Source of the DNA: an uncultured virus (IMG/VR IMGVR_UViG_3300029305_001816)
Lineage: Duplodnaviria > Heunggongvirae > Uroviricota > Caudoviricetes
DNA length: 64,000 bases
Direction: 5' to 3' (one strand)
IMG/VR virus record: IMGVR_UViG_3300029305_001816
Coordinates: 1 to 64,000 of that record
Shown: positions 29,922 to 39,400 of the stretch, one piece after another
Position numbering within the stretch: the first letter of the stretch is position 1
Layout: each line of letters begins with the position of its first letter
The notes under the pieces: model-generated
The model's database searches: none
Seen by the model: only the letters and a program-made list of their open reading frames with translations
Told to the model about the DNA's origin: nothing
Program-made: the position numbers and the translations under genes

Positions 29922-31079
29922 ATGACAAAAATTATTGAAAATGGTTGTTGGTCTGTCTACGTTCACACCAACAAAATAAATAACAAACGTTATGTAGGAA
30001 TCACCAGTAAAAAGCCAGAAGACCGATGGCAAAATGGATTTGGTTATAGCGGACAGGTGTTTTATAAAGCCATTCAAAAATATGGTTGGGATAATTTTGA
30101 CCATGAAATTATTGCAAGTAATCTTACAAGAGAAGAAGCTGAAAATTTTGAAAGAATTTTAATTTTAAAATTAGATTCATTAGTCAAACATAATGGGTAT
30201 AATGTTGCTATTGGTGGTCATACGTCAACATCCGAAACAACGCCAATATACCAATTTGATATACACGGCAATTTAATCAAAGCATATGACGGAATGTACC
30301 AAGTTGAACGTGAGCTAAACATACCATCATCAAATCTTACTGCTTGCTGCCAAGGTTTAGTCAAACAAGCATTTGGTTTTATTTGGAAATACCAAAAAGA
30401 TGTGCCAGACATAGAAAAATTTAAGGAATCAATAAATTTTTCTGATTATGATATTTGGGAGCCGGTATATCAATTTGACATGGAACAAAATTTTATTGCA
30501 GAATATAAAAATGCTTCAGATGCTATGAAACATAATCCTAAATGGTTTAGTAGCTCCGTTTTAGAGAACTGTAGAGGAAATCTTAAACATGCTTGCGGTT
30601 ATATATGGCGATTCAAAAAAGATGTTCCCGATATCGAGGGATTTAAAAATGTGCAAATTGATATGAAAAAGAAACATTATAAAGGTCAACCAGTTCTTCA
30701 ATTTGACTTAGATGGTAATTTCATTAGAGAATTTGAAACGGCAAAAGAAGCTGCTGAATTATATAATTGCACACGATGTACCATCACCTACGCTTGTACT
30801 GGGAGAACCAGAATGGGCGTAGGTTTTTTGTGGAGATATAAAAAGGATTATTATGGTGAAAAAATAACATATAATCCATATGTTCCTAAAACAAAGTCTA
30901 TACTTCAGTATGATTTAGAAAACAATCTTATTGCAGAATATGAATCTATGGCTCAGATTGAAGAAATGTTTGGTTATAATGGTACAAATATAAGAGGAGT
31001 TTGCAACGGCAGACAGAAAACAGCGTATGGTTTTAAATGGAAATATGCAGATAAAGTTATGGAAGAAGCCGTAGGTTAA
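29922..31079 (+). CDS. Free-standing GIY-YIG homing endonuclease with four NUMOD1-like repeats
   Basis: SVYVHTNKINNKRYVGIT (GIY-YIG variant), then repeated P[IV]xQ[FY]D..GN.I..[YF]...A....C.G....A.G[FY].W.[YF]. Confidence 0.9.
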   Translation: MTKIIENGCWSVYVHTNKINNKRYVGITSKKPEDRWQNGFGYSGQVFYKAIQKYGWDNFDHEIIASNLTREEAENFERILILKLDSLVKHNGYNVAIGGHTSTSETTPIYQFDIHGNLIKAYDGMYQVERELNIPSSNLTACCQGLVKQAFGFIWKYQKDVPDIEKFKESINFSDYDIWEPVYQFDMEQNFIAEYKNASDAMKHNPKWFSSSVLENCRGNLKHACGYIWRFKKDVPDIEGFKNVQIDMKKKHYKGQPVLQFDLDGNFIREFETAKEAAELYNCTRCTITYACTGRTRMGVGFLWRYKKDYYGEKITYNPYVPKTKSILQYDLENNLIAEYESMAQIEEMFGYNGTNIRGVCNGRQKTAYGFKWKYADKVMEEAVG

Positions 31080-31090
31080 GGAGAATTTTT

Positions 31091-31396
31091 ATGAATATAA
31101 CATTGTTTATTGCTTTATTGGTTGCTTTCTCTACAATTACAAGTTTATGTACGGAAGCTGCTAAGAAAATTTTAAATGAATTAAATGTTAAGTATGCAAC
31201 TAATATTTTAGTTGTTATCCTATCTTTAATTATTGGTATTGTAGGCACAGGTGTTTATTATGTTTTATTTTCTATTGAATTTAATTTAGTAAACATTGTA
31301 TGTATGCCATTAATGGGTTTGACAACTGCCGTCGGTTCAATGGTCGGATATGATAAAGTTATTCAAACTATCGAACAATTAAAAAATAAGTTTTAA
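31091..31396 (+). CDS. Holin
   Basis: 101 aa, three TM segments, SMVGYDKVIQ motif, directly upstream of the endolysin. Confidence 0.75.
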   Translation: MNITLFIALLVAFSTITSLCTEAAKKILNELNVKYATNILVVILSLIIGIVGTGVYYVLFSIEFNLVNIVCMPLMGLTTAVGSMVGYDKVIQTIEQLKNKF

Positions 31397-31425
31397 AAAT
31401 TTATAAAATAGCAATTTTAAATGTT

Positions 31426-31451
31426 GAGGGTGGATACTTCCACCCTCTTTT
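31426..31451 (+). terminator. Terminator-like hairpin before the endolysin
   Basis: gagggtgga-tact-tccaccctc followed by tttt. Confidence 0.65.
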
Positions 31452-31476
31452 CTATGTATAAGGAGGTTGATGGCTT

Positions 31477-32859
31477 ATGTTAATTGGTAGTTCAAATGAA
31501 GAAAAAATATGGAACTTCCTAAGAAGTAAAGGTTTGAATAATTATGGGGTATCTGGGCTTATGGGTAATTTGTTGGCAGAGTCTGGATTGAAGCCAAACA
31601 ATCTTCAAGATACTGGTAATGTAAAATTAGGCATGACAGACGATGAATACACCAGAGCTGTCGATAATGGCGCATATACTAAAGAACAATTTATTCATGA
31701 TGGATTCGGCTACTCATTGCCACAATGGACATGGCATAAGCGTAAGAAGAATTATTATGAATATGCAAAATCTAAGAATAAATCAATCGGAGATTTAGAG
31801 ACTTCGTTAGAATATCTCTATAAAGAACTAACTGAAGGCTATCCTTCTGTTCTAAATACACTTAAAACTGCAACTTCTGTTTTGGAAGCATCTAATGCGG
31901 TGTTGTTAAAATTTGAATGTCCAGCAGACCAGAGTATATCTATGCAAAATAAAAGAGCTAGTTATGGTCAAAGTTATTATAATAAATATGCCAAAAATGG
32001 CAATACGGAGAGTGAAAAAATCGTGGGTGTTAAAACATATCAAGAAAACAATAGAATTCAATTAAGTAAAAACTTTAATTCTTATGAGTTCAGATGTGGA
32101 TTAGGAAGTCCTTGTTCTTGCTCTACTATTCTAATTGATAGTAAATTAGTTGAATATTTACAGAAAATTAGAGACCATTTTGGCAAGTCTATAACTATTA
32201 CAAGTGCGTATAGATGCCCCTCTTATAATAAGCGAATTGGTGGTGCGACTGGTTCCTATCATTCAAAAGGTATGGCTGCTGACATTGTTGTTAGTGGCGT
32301 AGCTCCTAGAGAAGTTGCTAAATATGCCGAAAGCATCGGAATTCTTGGGATAGGCTTGTACGAGTCATCTGCCGATGGTTATTTTGTTCATATTGACACT
32401 CGTACTACTAAGAGTTTCTGGTATGGACAAGCACAAGCATATCGTTCTACTTTCGGGGCATCTTCTGTGAGCAGTTCTACAACTACAACTACAACTACAA
32501 CTACGAATACAACGTCTTCTTCTGACGATACAATTTATACTGTTAAGAGCGGAGATACTTTGTATAAAATTGCTACCAAATATGGTATTACATATCAAAC
32601 GCTCGCTAAATATAACAATATTTCTAATCCTAGTAAAATTGGTGTTGGTCAAAAAATAAAGATTCCAAGTAATGCGTCTGGCGGCACAAAAATCAAGGTA
32701 ACTGCAAATCTTCTTAATGTCAGAGCAGGAGCTGGAACGAATTTTAAAATAGTTGCAACTATTAAAAAAGACTCGACTCACAAACTATTAGAAGAAAAAG
32801 ATGGTTGGGGTAGAATTTCGGGTGGTTGGATTAGTGCGGCATACTATAAGAAAATTTAA
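31477..32859 (+). CDS. Multi-domain endolysin: phage lysozyme-2 + peptidase M15 + LysM + SH3b
   Basis: [17 protein letters not shown] (lysozyme); [27 protein letters not shown] (M15); [13 protein letters not shown] (LysM); [13 protein letters not shown] (SH3b). Confidence 0.9.
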   Translation: MLIGSSNEEKIWNFLRSKGLNNYGVSGLMGNLLAESGLKPNNLQDTGNVKLGMTDDEYTRAVDNGAYTKEQFIHDGFGYSLPQWTWHKRKKNYYEYAKSKNKSIGDLETSLEYLYKELTEGYPSVLNTLKTATSVLEASNAVLLKFECPADQSISMQNKRASYGQSYYNKYAKNGNTESEKIVGVKTYQENNRIQLSKNFNSYEFRCGLGSPCSCSTILIDSKLVEYLQKIRDHFGKSITITSAYRCPSYNKRIGGATGSYHSKGMAADIVVSGVAPREVAKYAESIGILGIGLYESSADGYFVHIDTRTTKSFWYGQAQAYRSTFGASSVSSSTTTTTTTTTNTTSSSDDTIYTVKSGDTLYKIATKYGITYQTLAKYNNISNPSKIGVGQKIKIPSNASGGTKIKVTANLLNVRAGAGTNFKIVATIKKDSTHKLLEEKDGWGRISGGWISAAYYKKI

Positions 32860-32942
32860 CTATTAAATTTATAAGCAAAAGGGATTTACATCATCCCTTT
32901 TGCAAAGTACTTGAAAGTATTATATGAAAGGGATGATGTAAA

Positions 32943-33641
32943 TTGAAATTTGAGGAGTTGGAGCAACTTACACAAATAGATTGGTGGCAAGTGTTCATTG
33001 GTTTGTGTCTTTTGCTCTTTTTTGTAAAGGCCATTTGGTCTGTTCTTGATTGGTTATTATTTGAAAAGCTTGGAATTGAAACAAAGAAAATGAAGCAGAA
33101 ACGGCAGGAAAGCGAATTGCTTAAAACTACTTATGATTTGGCGAAAACGACTGCCGAAAATTTGGATAAGCTTCAAAAGAGACATACAAAAGATGAAGAA
33201 GAGTTTAGAAATAATCTTAATAATTATATGGAAGAGAGTCGTAAAGACCGCAAGGCCTTACATGATGAAATGACGAAGTTCACAGACAACAGGGTTAACG
33301 ATAGAAAGCAGAGTTTAGAAATTCAAAAAGAGTTAAAGGATTCCATTAAAAATTTAATTGATGGTCAACAAGACAGAGATAAGAAGATTAATGACCTTAC
33401 CGACATGTTTGTTGACAAAGAAATAGACGATTTACGATTTAAGATTTTAGACTTTGCTTCTTCTATTTCTTCTGGTATGAAATATAACAGAGAATCTTAT
33501 GACCACATTTTGAAAATATATGGCAAATACGAAAAAATATTAGAAGAACATAATATGGAAAATGGGTTAGTCGAAGAAAGTGTTAAATATATTCAAAGTT
33601 CTTATCAAGAACTTTTAAAAACTGGTGTAGTTGATTACTGA
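32943..33641 (+). CDS. Membrane-anchored coiled-coil protein (lysis-associated)
   Basis: N-terminal TM helix and long coiled coil, TTG start, follows the endolysin. Confidence 0.65.
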   Translation: MKFEELEQLTQIDWWQVFIGLCLLLFFVKAIWSVLDWLLFEKLGIETKKMKQKRQESELLKTTYDLAKTTAENLDKLQKRHTKDEEEFRNNLNNYMEESRKDRKALHDEMTKFTDNRVNDRKQSLEIQKELKDSIKNLIDGQQDRDKKINDLTDMFVDKEIDDLRFKILDFASSISSGMKYNRESYDHILKIYGKYEKILEEHNMENGLVEESVKYIQSSYQELLKTGVVDY

Positions 33642-33684
33642 TTTATTTTTATTATTTTAAAAGCCATATATTTGAGGTGGTGAT

Positions 33685-35655
33685 TTGATGGCTTTAGAAA
33701 CTACTACAAAAATAAATGTTGATTTTCATGACAAAAAATATATTATGATTAACGCCAAGCAATATGACCATAATTCAAGATGGATTGCGGTTACTTGTTA
33801 TGACGATGGCAATCTTTTCAATCTTAGTGCTAGTAAGCATACTGCCTACATTAGATATAGAAAAGCCGATGGTTATGGTGTTTTAAATACTTGTAGAATA
33901 AATTATAAAGGTGAAGTTTTAGTTGAATTGACTGAGCAGATGCTTTCTGCTGTTGGAATTTGTTATGTAGATTTGATAATTGTCAATAGAGGCTCTGCAA
34001 TTGTCAATATTGAGACTGGTGAAATTATCACAACTGATGGCTCTGCAATTATTTCTACTATGGCATTTTGTATAAACGTATGTGAAGCCGCAGTTGATAA
34101 TTCTTTGATTGAGTCTTCCTATGAATATGAAGTTAATGCTCTTAATGATTTATTGCAAAAGGCTAACTCGGAATATAAAGAAGTTATTCAGTTGGCTAGG
34201 TCTTATGCCATTGGCGACGCTGATGATGTAAGAGAAAATGAAGATTATGATAATTCGAAATACTACTCTTTGCTATCAAAATCTTATGCTATTGGCGATT
34301 TAGACGGCAGCACAGAAACAAAAGATAGAGAAAACGAGGGTGTTGACAATGCCGAATATTATTCTCGTTTGGCGAAATCATATGCCAAGGGAGATTTAAG
34401 CGGAAGTACTGGTACGAGAAGTGAAGAAGGTATTGATAATGCTCAGTACTATTCTCAGATGTCAAAATCATTTGCTATGGGCGGTACAGGTCTTGAAGCA
34501 AGAAGTGGTGAGGATGTTGACAATTCAGAATATTATTCTCAAATGTCTAAGTCCTATGCTATGGGTGGCACTGGACTTGAAGCAAGAGATGGCGAAGATA
34601 TTGATAATGCTGAATATTATTCTCGGCTATCTAAGTCATATGCAAAAGGCGGAACTAATATTGCTGAAAGAAATGTTGATGGCGAAGATGAAAACATTGA
34701 TAATGCCGAATACTATTCTCGTTTAGCCAAATCGTATACTATGGGCAGTTTTGACGGAAGTACTGGAACTAGAAGTGATGAAAGTACTGAAAATGCAAAG
34801 ACTTATATGGAAACTACCAAGTCTCATATGGATACTACCGACGGTTTTATGAAAACAACAGAAGAGTACATGGAAACAACTGAGGGTTACATGAATACTA
34901 CCGATGGTTTTATGGATAAGGCTGAAGAGTATATGAATACCACTAATGGTTATATGGGTACTACTGAAGGTTATATGAATAAAACTGAAGAGTATATGAA
35001 TATTACCGATGGCTATATGAAAACAACTGACGGTTATATGAAAACAACCGAGAGTTACATGAATGCTACTGAAGGTTATATGAATAAGACTGAAGGGTTC
35101 ATGAATACTACTGACGGTTATATGAGCGCAACCAAAGGTTATATGGAGACAGCTCAGGGTTACATGGATACGGCTGAGTCTCACATGAATAACGCAGAGA
35201 CATATATGAATAATGCCGCTACTAGCGAGACTAATGCTAAAACAAGTGAAACAAATGCTGCTACTAGTGAGACTAATGCTTATGATTATTCTATAATTGC
35301 TCAAAGGTATGCAATTGGCGGTACTGGAACGGTATCTGGCGAAGATACAGATAACGCTAGATATTATTACCAGCAAGTGAAAGGAATTCAAGATAGCTTA
35401 AGTGGAACGCTTTCTCCTCAAGGTACTATTTCTTTTGGAGAATTGGCAACGGCAGAAAAATTTACTGGTTATATGTATCTTATTGATGAGAGTTTTACTA
35501 CTGATGAGACGTTTGCTGATGGTGGAGGCGTTCAATATCCTGCTGGTACACTTGTTTATTATACTGCCGATGGCTATTGGGCCTGTCTTGATACTTTTGG
35601 CTCAAGCGTGGCTACGGCTGATGAAGTAAAAGAATATTTAGGCTTGTTAATGTGA
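33685..35655 (+). CDS. BppU-like baseplate/fibre protein with internal repeats
   Basis: AKQYD..SRWI..KADG..VELTEQML N-terminal BppU-like domain; DNAEYYS..KSYA.G repeats; Met-rich heptads. Confidence 0.75.
   Translation: MMALETTTKINVDFHDKKYIMINAKQYDHNSRWIAVTCYDDGNLFNLSASKHTAYIRYRKADGYGVLNTCRINYKGEVLVELTEQMLSAVGICYVDLIIVNRGSAIVNIETGEIITTDGSAIISTMAFCINVCEAAVDNSLIESSYEYEVNALNDLLQKANSEYKEVIQLARSYAIGDADDVRENEDYDNSKYYSLLSKSYAIGDLDGSTETKDRENEGVDNAEYYSRLAKSYAKGDLSGSTGTRSEEGIDNAQYYSQMSKSFAMGGTGLEARSGEDVDNSEYYSQMSKSYAMGGTGLEARDGEDIDNAEYYSRLSKSYAKGGTNIAERNVDGEDENIDNAEYYSRLAKSYTMGSFDGSTGTRSDESTENAKTYMETTKSHMDTTDGFMKTTEEYMETTEGYMNTTDGFMDKAEEYMNTTNGYMGTTEGYMNKTEEYMNITDGYMKTTDGYMKTTESYMNATEGYMNKTEGFMNTTDGYMSATKGYMETAQGYMDTAESHMNNAETYMNNAATSETNAKTSETNAATSETNAYDYSIIAQRYAIGGTGTVSGEDTDNARYYYQQVKGIQDSLSGTLSPQGTISFGELATAEKFTGYMYLIDESFTTDETFADGGGVQYPAGTLVYYTADGYWACLDTFGSSVATADEVKEYLGLLM
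34804..35217 (+). repeat. ~20 tandem 7-aa (21-nt) Met-rich heptads [YFH]MxTT[ED]G
   Basis: YMETTKS HMDTTDG FMKTTEE YMETTEG YMNTTDG ... Confidence 0.9.
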
Positions 35656-35665
35656 GGTGAGTTAA

Positions 35666-36439
35666 ATGTCCTATGTAATATTAGTAAATCCCGATGATAC
35701 CTTGTATGGTTCGAAAAAATGCAGAATTGTACAAAGACAGAAGTTAGTGAATACACTAGTTTTCGTTGTAGACCCTATTTACAATGGTATTGATATGACG
35801 AGCGCAACGGTTATGCTAGAATATGTCTTGCCTGTTTCTCGTGAATACAAAACAGTTATCCTTACTCTTTCGGATGAGAGATATGATGATTGTTTTTTAC
35901 AATATAAGTTGCCGTTTGATATAGACCTCACATCCCAAGCTGGTGACCTAGAGCTTCAATTGACTTTTGCCTATGTTGAAATGACTCATAGTGGTATTGG
36001 TATTCAGCGTATTAGAAAGACTTCTTCTACTATTATTGAAATTACACCAATAACTGCATGGAGCGATATTATTCCTGACTCTGCGCTGAGTGGATTAGAC
36101 CAAAGACTTATAAAATTGGACGCTTCCATGAGAGCAATGAATGATTATCTCAATATCCTTGATGATAACAAAGTAGATAACCTTGTGTATAATTCTACGG
36201 AAGATACTCTTCAGCTTTCTGCGAATGGCAAAGGTATTGGTGATAAAGTCTTTGTCAAAGATATGTTGAGTGATGGAGTTCCAGTTATTGAATTAGGTTC
36301 TAGTTCCGACGATAATTCCGAACCAGACAATAATGATGGTTGTGATTGTGGATGTGAAAATAACGTTGTTGAGTTTGGAGATTACTTAGACGGCACTAAT
36401 GACAATAATACAAACGATGATAATGTTGTTGAATTTTAA
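35666..36439 (+). CDS. BppU-like baseplate-associated protein
   Basis: 257 aa, LPFDIDLTSQAGDLELQL motif, acidic tail ending NVVEF. Confidence 0.6.
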   Translation: MSYVILVNPDDTLYGSKKCRIVQRQKLVNTLVFVVDPIYNGIDMTSATVMLEYVLPVSREYKTVILTLSDERYDDCFLQYKLPFDIDLTSQAGDLELQLTFAYVEMTHSGIGIQRIRKTSSTIIEITPITAWSDIIPDSALSGLDQRLIKLDASMRAMNDYLNILDDNKVDNLVYNSTEDTLQLSANGKGIGDKVFVKDMLSDGVPVIELGSSSDDNSEPDNNDGCDCGCENNVVEFGDYLDGTNDNNTNDDNVVEF

Positions 36440-36450
36440 TTTGAAAATAC

Positions 36451-36478
36451 AAGAGGATGATAAGTCCATCCTCTTTTT
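36451..36478 (+). terminator. Terminator-like hairpin
   Basis: aagaggatg-ataagtc-catcctctt followed by ttt. Confidence 0.6.
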
Positions 36479-36497
36479 ATAGAAAGGAGGAAAACTT

Positions 36498-39400
36498 ATG
36501 GCTTTATCATTCGCAGATTCTCTTAAGAATCATACAGAACCCTTAACGATAGAATCTGAACCTGTTATTGCGGATACTTCTTTGATGACTCTTGAAGAAG
36601 ATTACGGATTTGAAGCTTATTCTGGCGATGATGGTAATTGGCAACAGCATACTGATTATGTGAGATATTATTCTTTTTCTGACGACAATATTTCTGTTAT
36701 TAATGATAACAAAGATATTGCTTTAAATGAAAAGCAATTTAATATAACTCAAGAGGAAAATTCTCAGTACATCCCATTTGAAATGAATAGATATTACGAT
36801 GGTTTTGACTTGGTGAGCACTGTTCTTTCTGTTCATTATGTGACTAAAAATGGGCGACATGGGTCTGCCAAACCAGTTAATGTGACATTTAATGATAAAA
36901 AAATAAGATTTGGTTGGCTCGTCGATGCTGGTGCAACCGTTGACGCTGGAACTCTTGAGTTTGAAATTCATGCTTATGGCAGTGTTACTGGTAGTGATGG
37001 TGTTGCTAGAGGTTATGTTTGGAAAACTAAGAGTAATAAAAAATTAAACGTTCTTCAATCTTTGTGCGATTGTGAAGAAGTTGTTAATAATATAGACGAT
37101 TCTTGGATGCAGGAATTAGTTACAGATATAGCCAAAAAGGTTGCAGACGAAATTAAGGATGTTGCAGTTGGCGAACAAGTTGAAGCTGCTGAGAAAGCTG
37201 CTGCTGAGGCAGAACAATTTGCAAGCGATGCAAAATTATATGCAAGTAATGCGTCTTCTGCTGCTGTTGATGCTGTTAATGTCGTACTTAAGAAATATGC
37301 AACAACTGATTATGTAGATAAAGCTGTTGCAGGTGTTGATGTAACAGAACAATTAGCTAGTTATGTGAAAACATCTGATTTAGAAGCTAATTATTATACT
37401 AAAACCGATACAGAGCAAAGAGTAACAAATATACTTGAGGGTTATGCCACAAAAGATGATGTTGCAAATGCAATTGATTCTGCCGAGTTGGATAACTATT
37501 ATAAGAAAGATGAAACTTATAGTAAAGCTGAAGTAGACGAAAAGGTTTCTAATGTGAAAGTTGACTTAACTGGTTACGCTACTGAAACTTATGTGGATAA
37601 TAAAACTGGCATTTTAAGCTCTTCTATTTCTACTAATGCGGAAAATGTTTCTAAATTAAGTACAACGGTTGGCAACTTACAGAATACTGTAAATTCCATA
37701 GATACTTCCCCTCGTCTTACTTATGATGTGGCATATAATGATACTGAAGATGCAGATGTTGGTGAAAATGTATTTGTTTTCTATGAAATTGAAAACGAGG
37801 GTAAAGAAAATGAAGTAAGAGAAGCAAAGAAAAAGTTCACTATTACTGGTGGTAGTGGCGGTGGTGGCACAAGTAGTTCGTTGAAAATTGGATATGTAAC
37901 TACTTCTCCACTTGTTGTTACAATTGATGATAAGGCAATTATCAAATATACATTCTCTGGCACAGACTCTTCCGGTGATGCTGTTCCTGAAGGTACTGCA
38001 ACATGGAAGGTTGCTGGTAGAATTGTAGCTACGAACACCGCTATTAATGGCGAAAACTCTTTTGATGTTACTGATTATCTCTCTGTTGGCACTCAAAAAG
38101 TTAACTTGTCTATCGTAGATGAAGCTGGTAGCTTAGTCACAAAAACTTGGACTGTACAAAAAATTGATGTAAGACTTGAATCTACTTTTAACGATAAATT
38201 AACTTATCCTATGGGCAAGGTATCTTTTGACTATACTCCTTATGGAGCTATTTCCAAGGATATTCATTTTGTTTTAGATGGTAAGGAAATTGGCAAGGTT
38301 ACTACCTCTTCTTCTGGTATCCCAATGGCATATGAAATTCCTGCACAGACGCATGGCGCTCATTTGCTGGAAGTTTATATGACTGCCGAAGTTAATGGTA
38401 ACACGCTTGGTGTTGAAGAAATAATCGATGAAGAAAGCGGCGAAATTGTTGGATATAATCATACTATAAAAATTGTTAAAGATATTATTTGGTATGATTC
38501 TACATCTACTGTTCCTGTGATTAGTACTGTTTATCAGTCTTTTACTGCAAGACAATATGATGCTACTAATATTGAGTATACTGTGTATGACCCAACTACT
38601 GAAACTCCTACAGTGGAAATTGCTGTAGATGGTGAAGTTGTATCTACTCCTACATTAAGCGAAGCAACTAATGTTTATGCGTTTAAGACAGATGTTGTTG
38701 GCGAACATACTATTACAATTACTTGTGGCGAGACAGTGAAGACATTGATTGCCACTGTTGAAAAATTAGATATTGAAGTATCTCCTGTAACTGCTGGCCT
38801 TGTTTTTGATTTTAACCCTACTGGTTATTCAAATAATGATGCTGATAGAGTTTGGACTAATGGCACTGTTTCTATGGCTGTATCTGATAATTTTGACTGG
38901 GTTAATGGCGGTTATCAGATTGATGGCAATGGTGACCAATATTTCTGTATTAAAGCTGGTACATCTGCTACTATTGATTATCAATTATTTGCAGACGATG
39001 CAAAGCAATTTGGTAAAGAATTTAAGCTGGTATTTAAAACCACGAATGTTGCGTCTTCTGATGCTACTTTCTTACATTGTATGGACAATACTACTGGGGA
39101 TAATCATATTGGTATCCAAATGGATGTTCAAGAAGCTAATATCTATGCTCAATCTGGTTGCTTAAATTTGCCATATTCTGAAGATGACGTTATTGAGTTT
39201 GAATTCAATATTAGTAAAAATACCGAAACAATTCCTATGATTTCTGGATATGAAGATGGTGTTTCTACAAGACATTTTGTATATGATGATTCACACAACT
39301 TTACACAAACCAATAAAAAGATAATTTCTTTGGGAAGTACGGATTGCGATTTGCATATTTATAGATTCAAGGTTTATAACACTTCTTTGACTGATAGAGG

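Noticed and set aside
34723..35391. 222-aa His-rich minus-strand ORF, and a possible CRISPR-like periodicity
   Set aside because: Reverse complement of the Met heptad repeat; the units are coding, synonymously diverged and have no spacers
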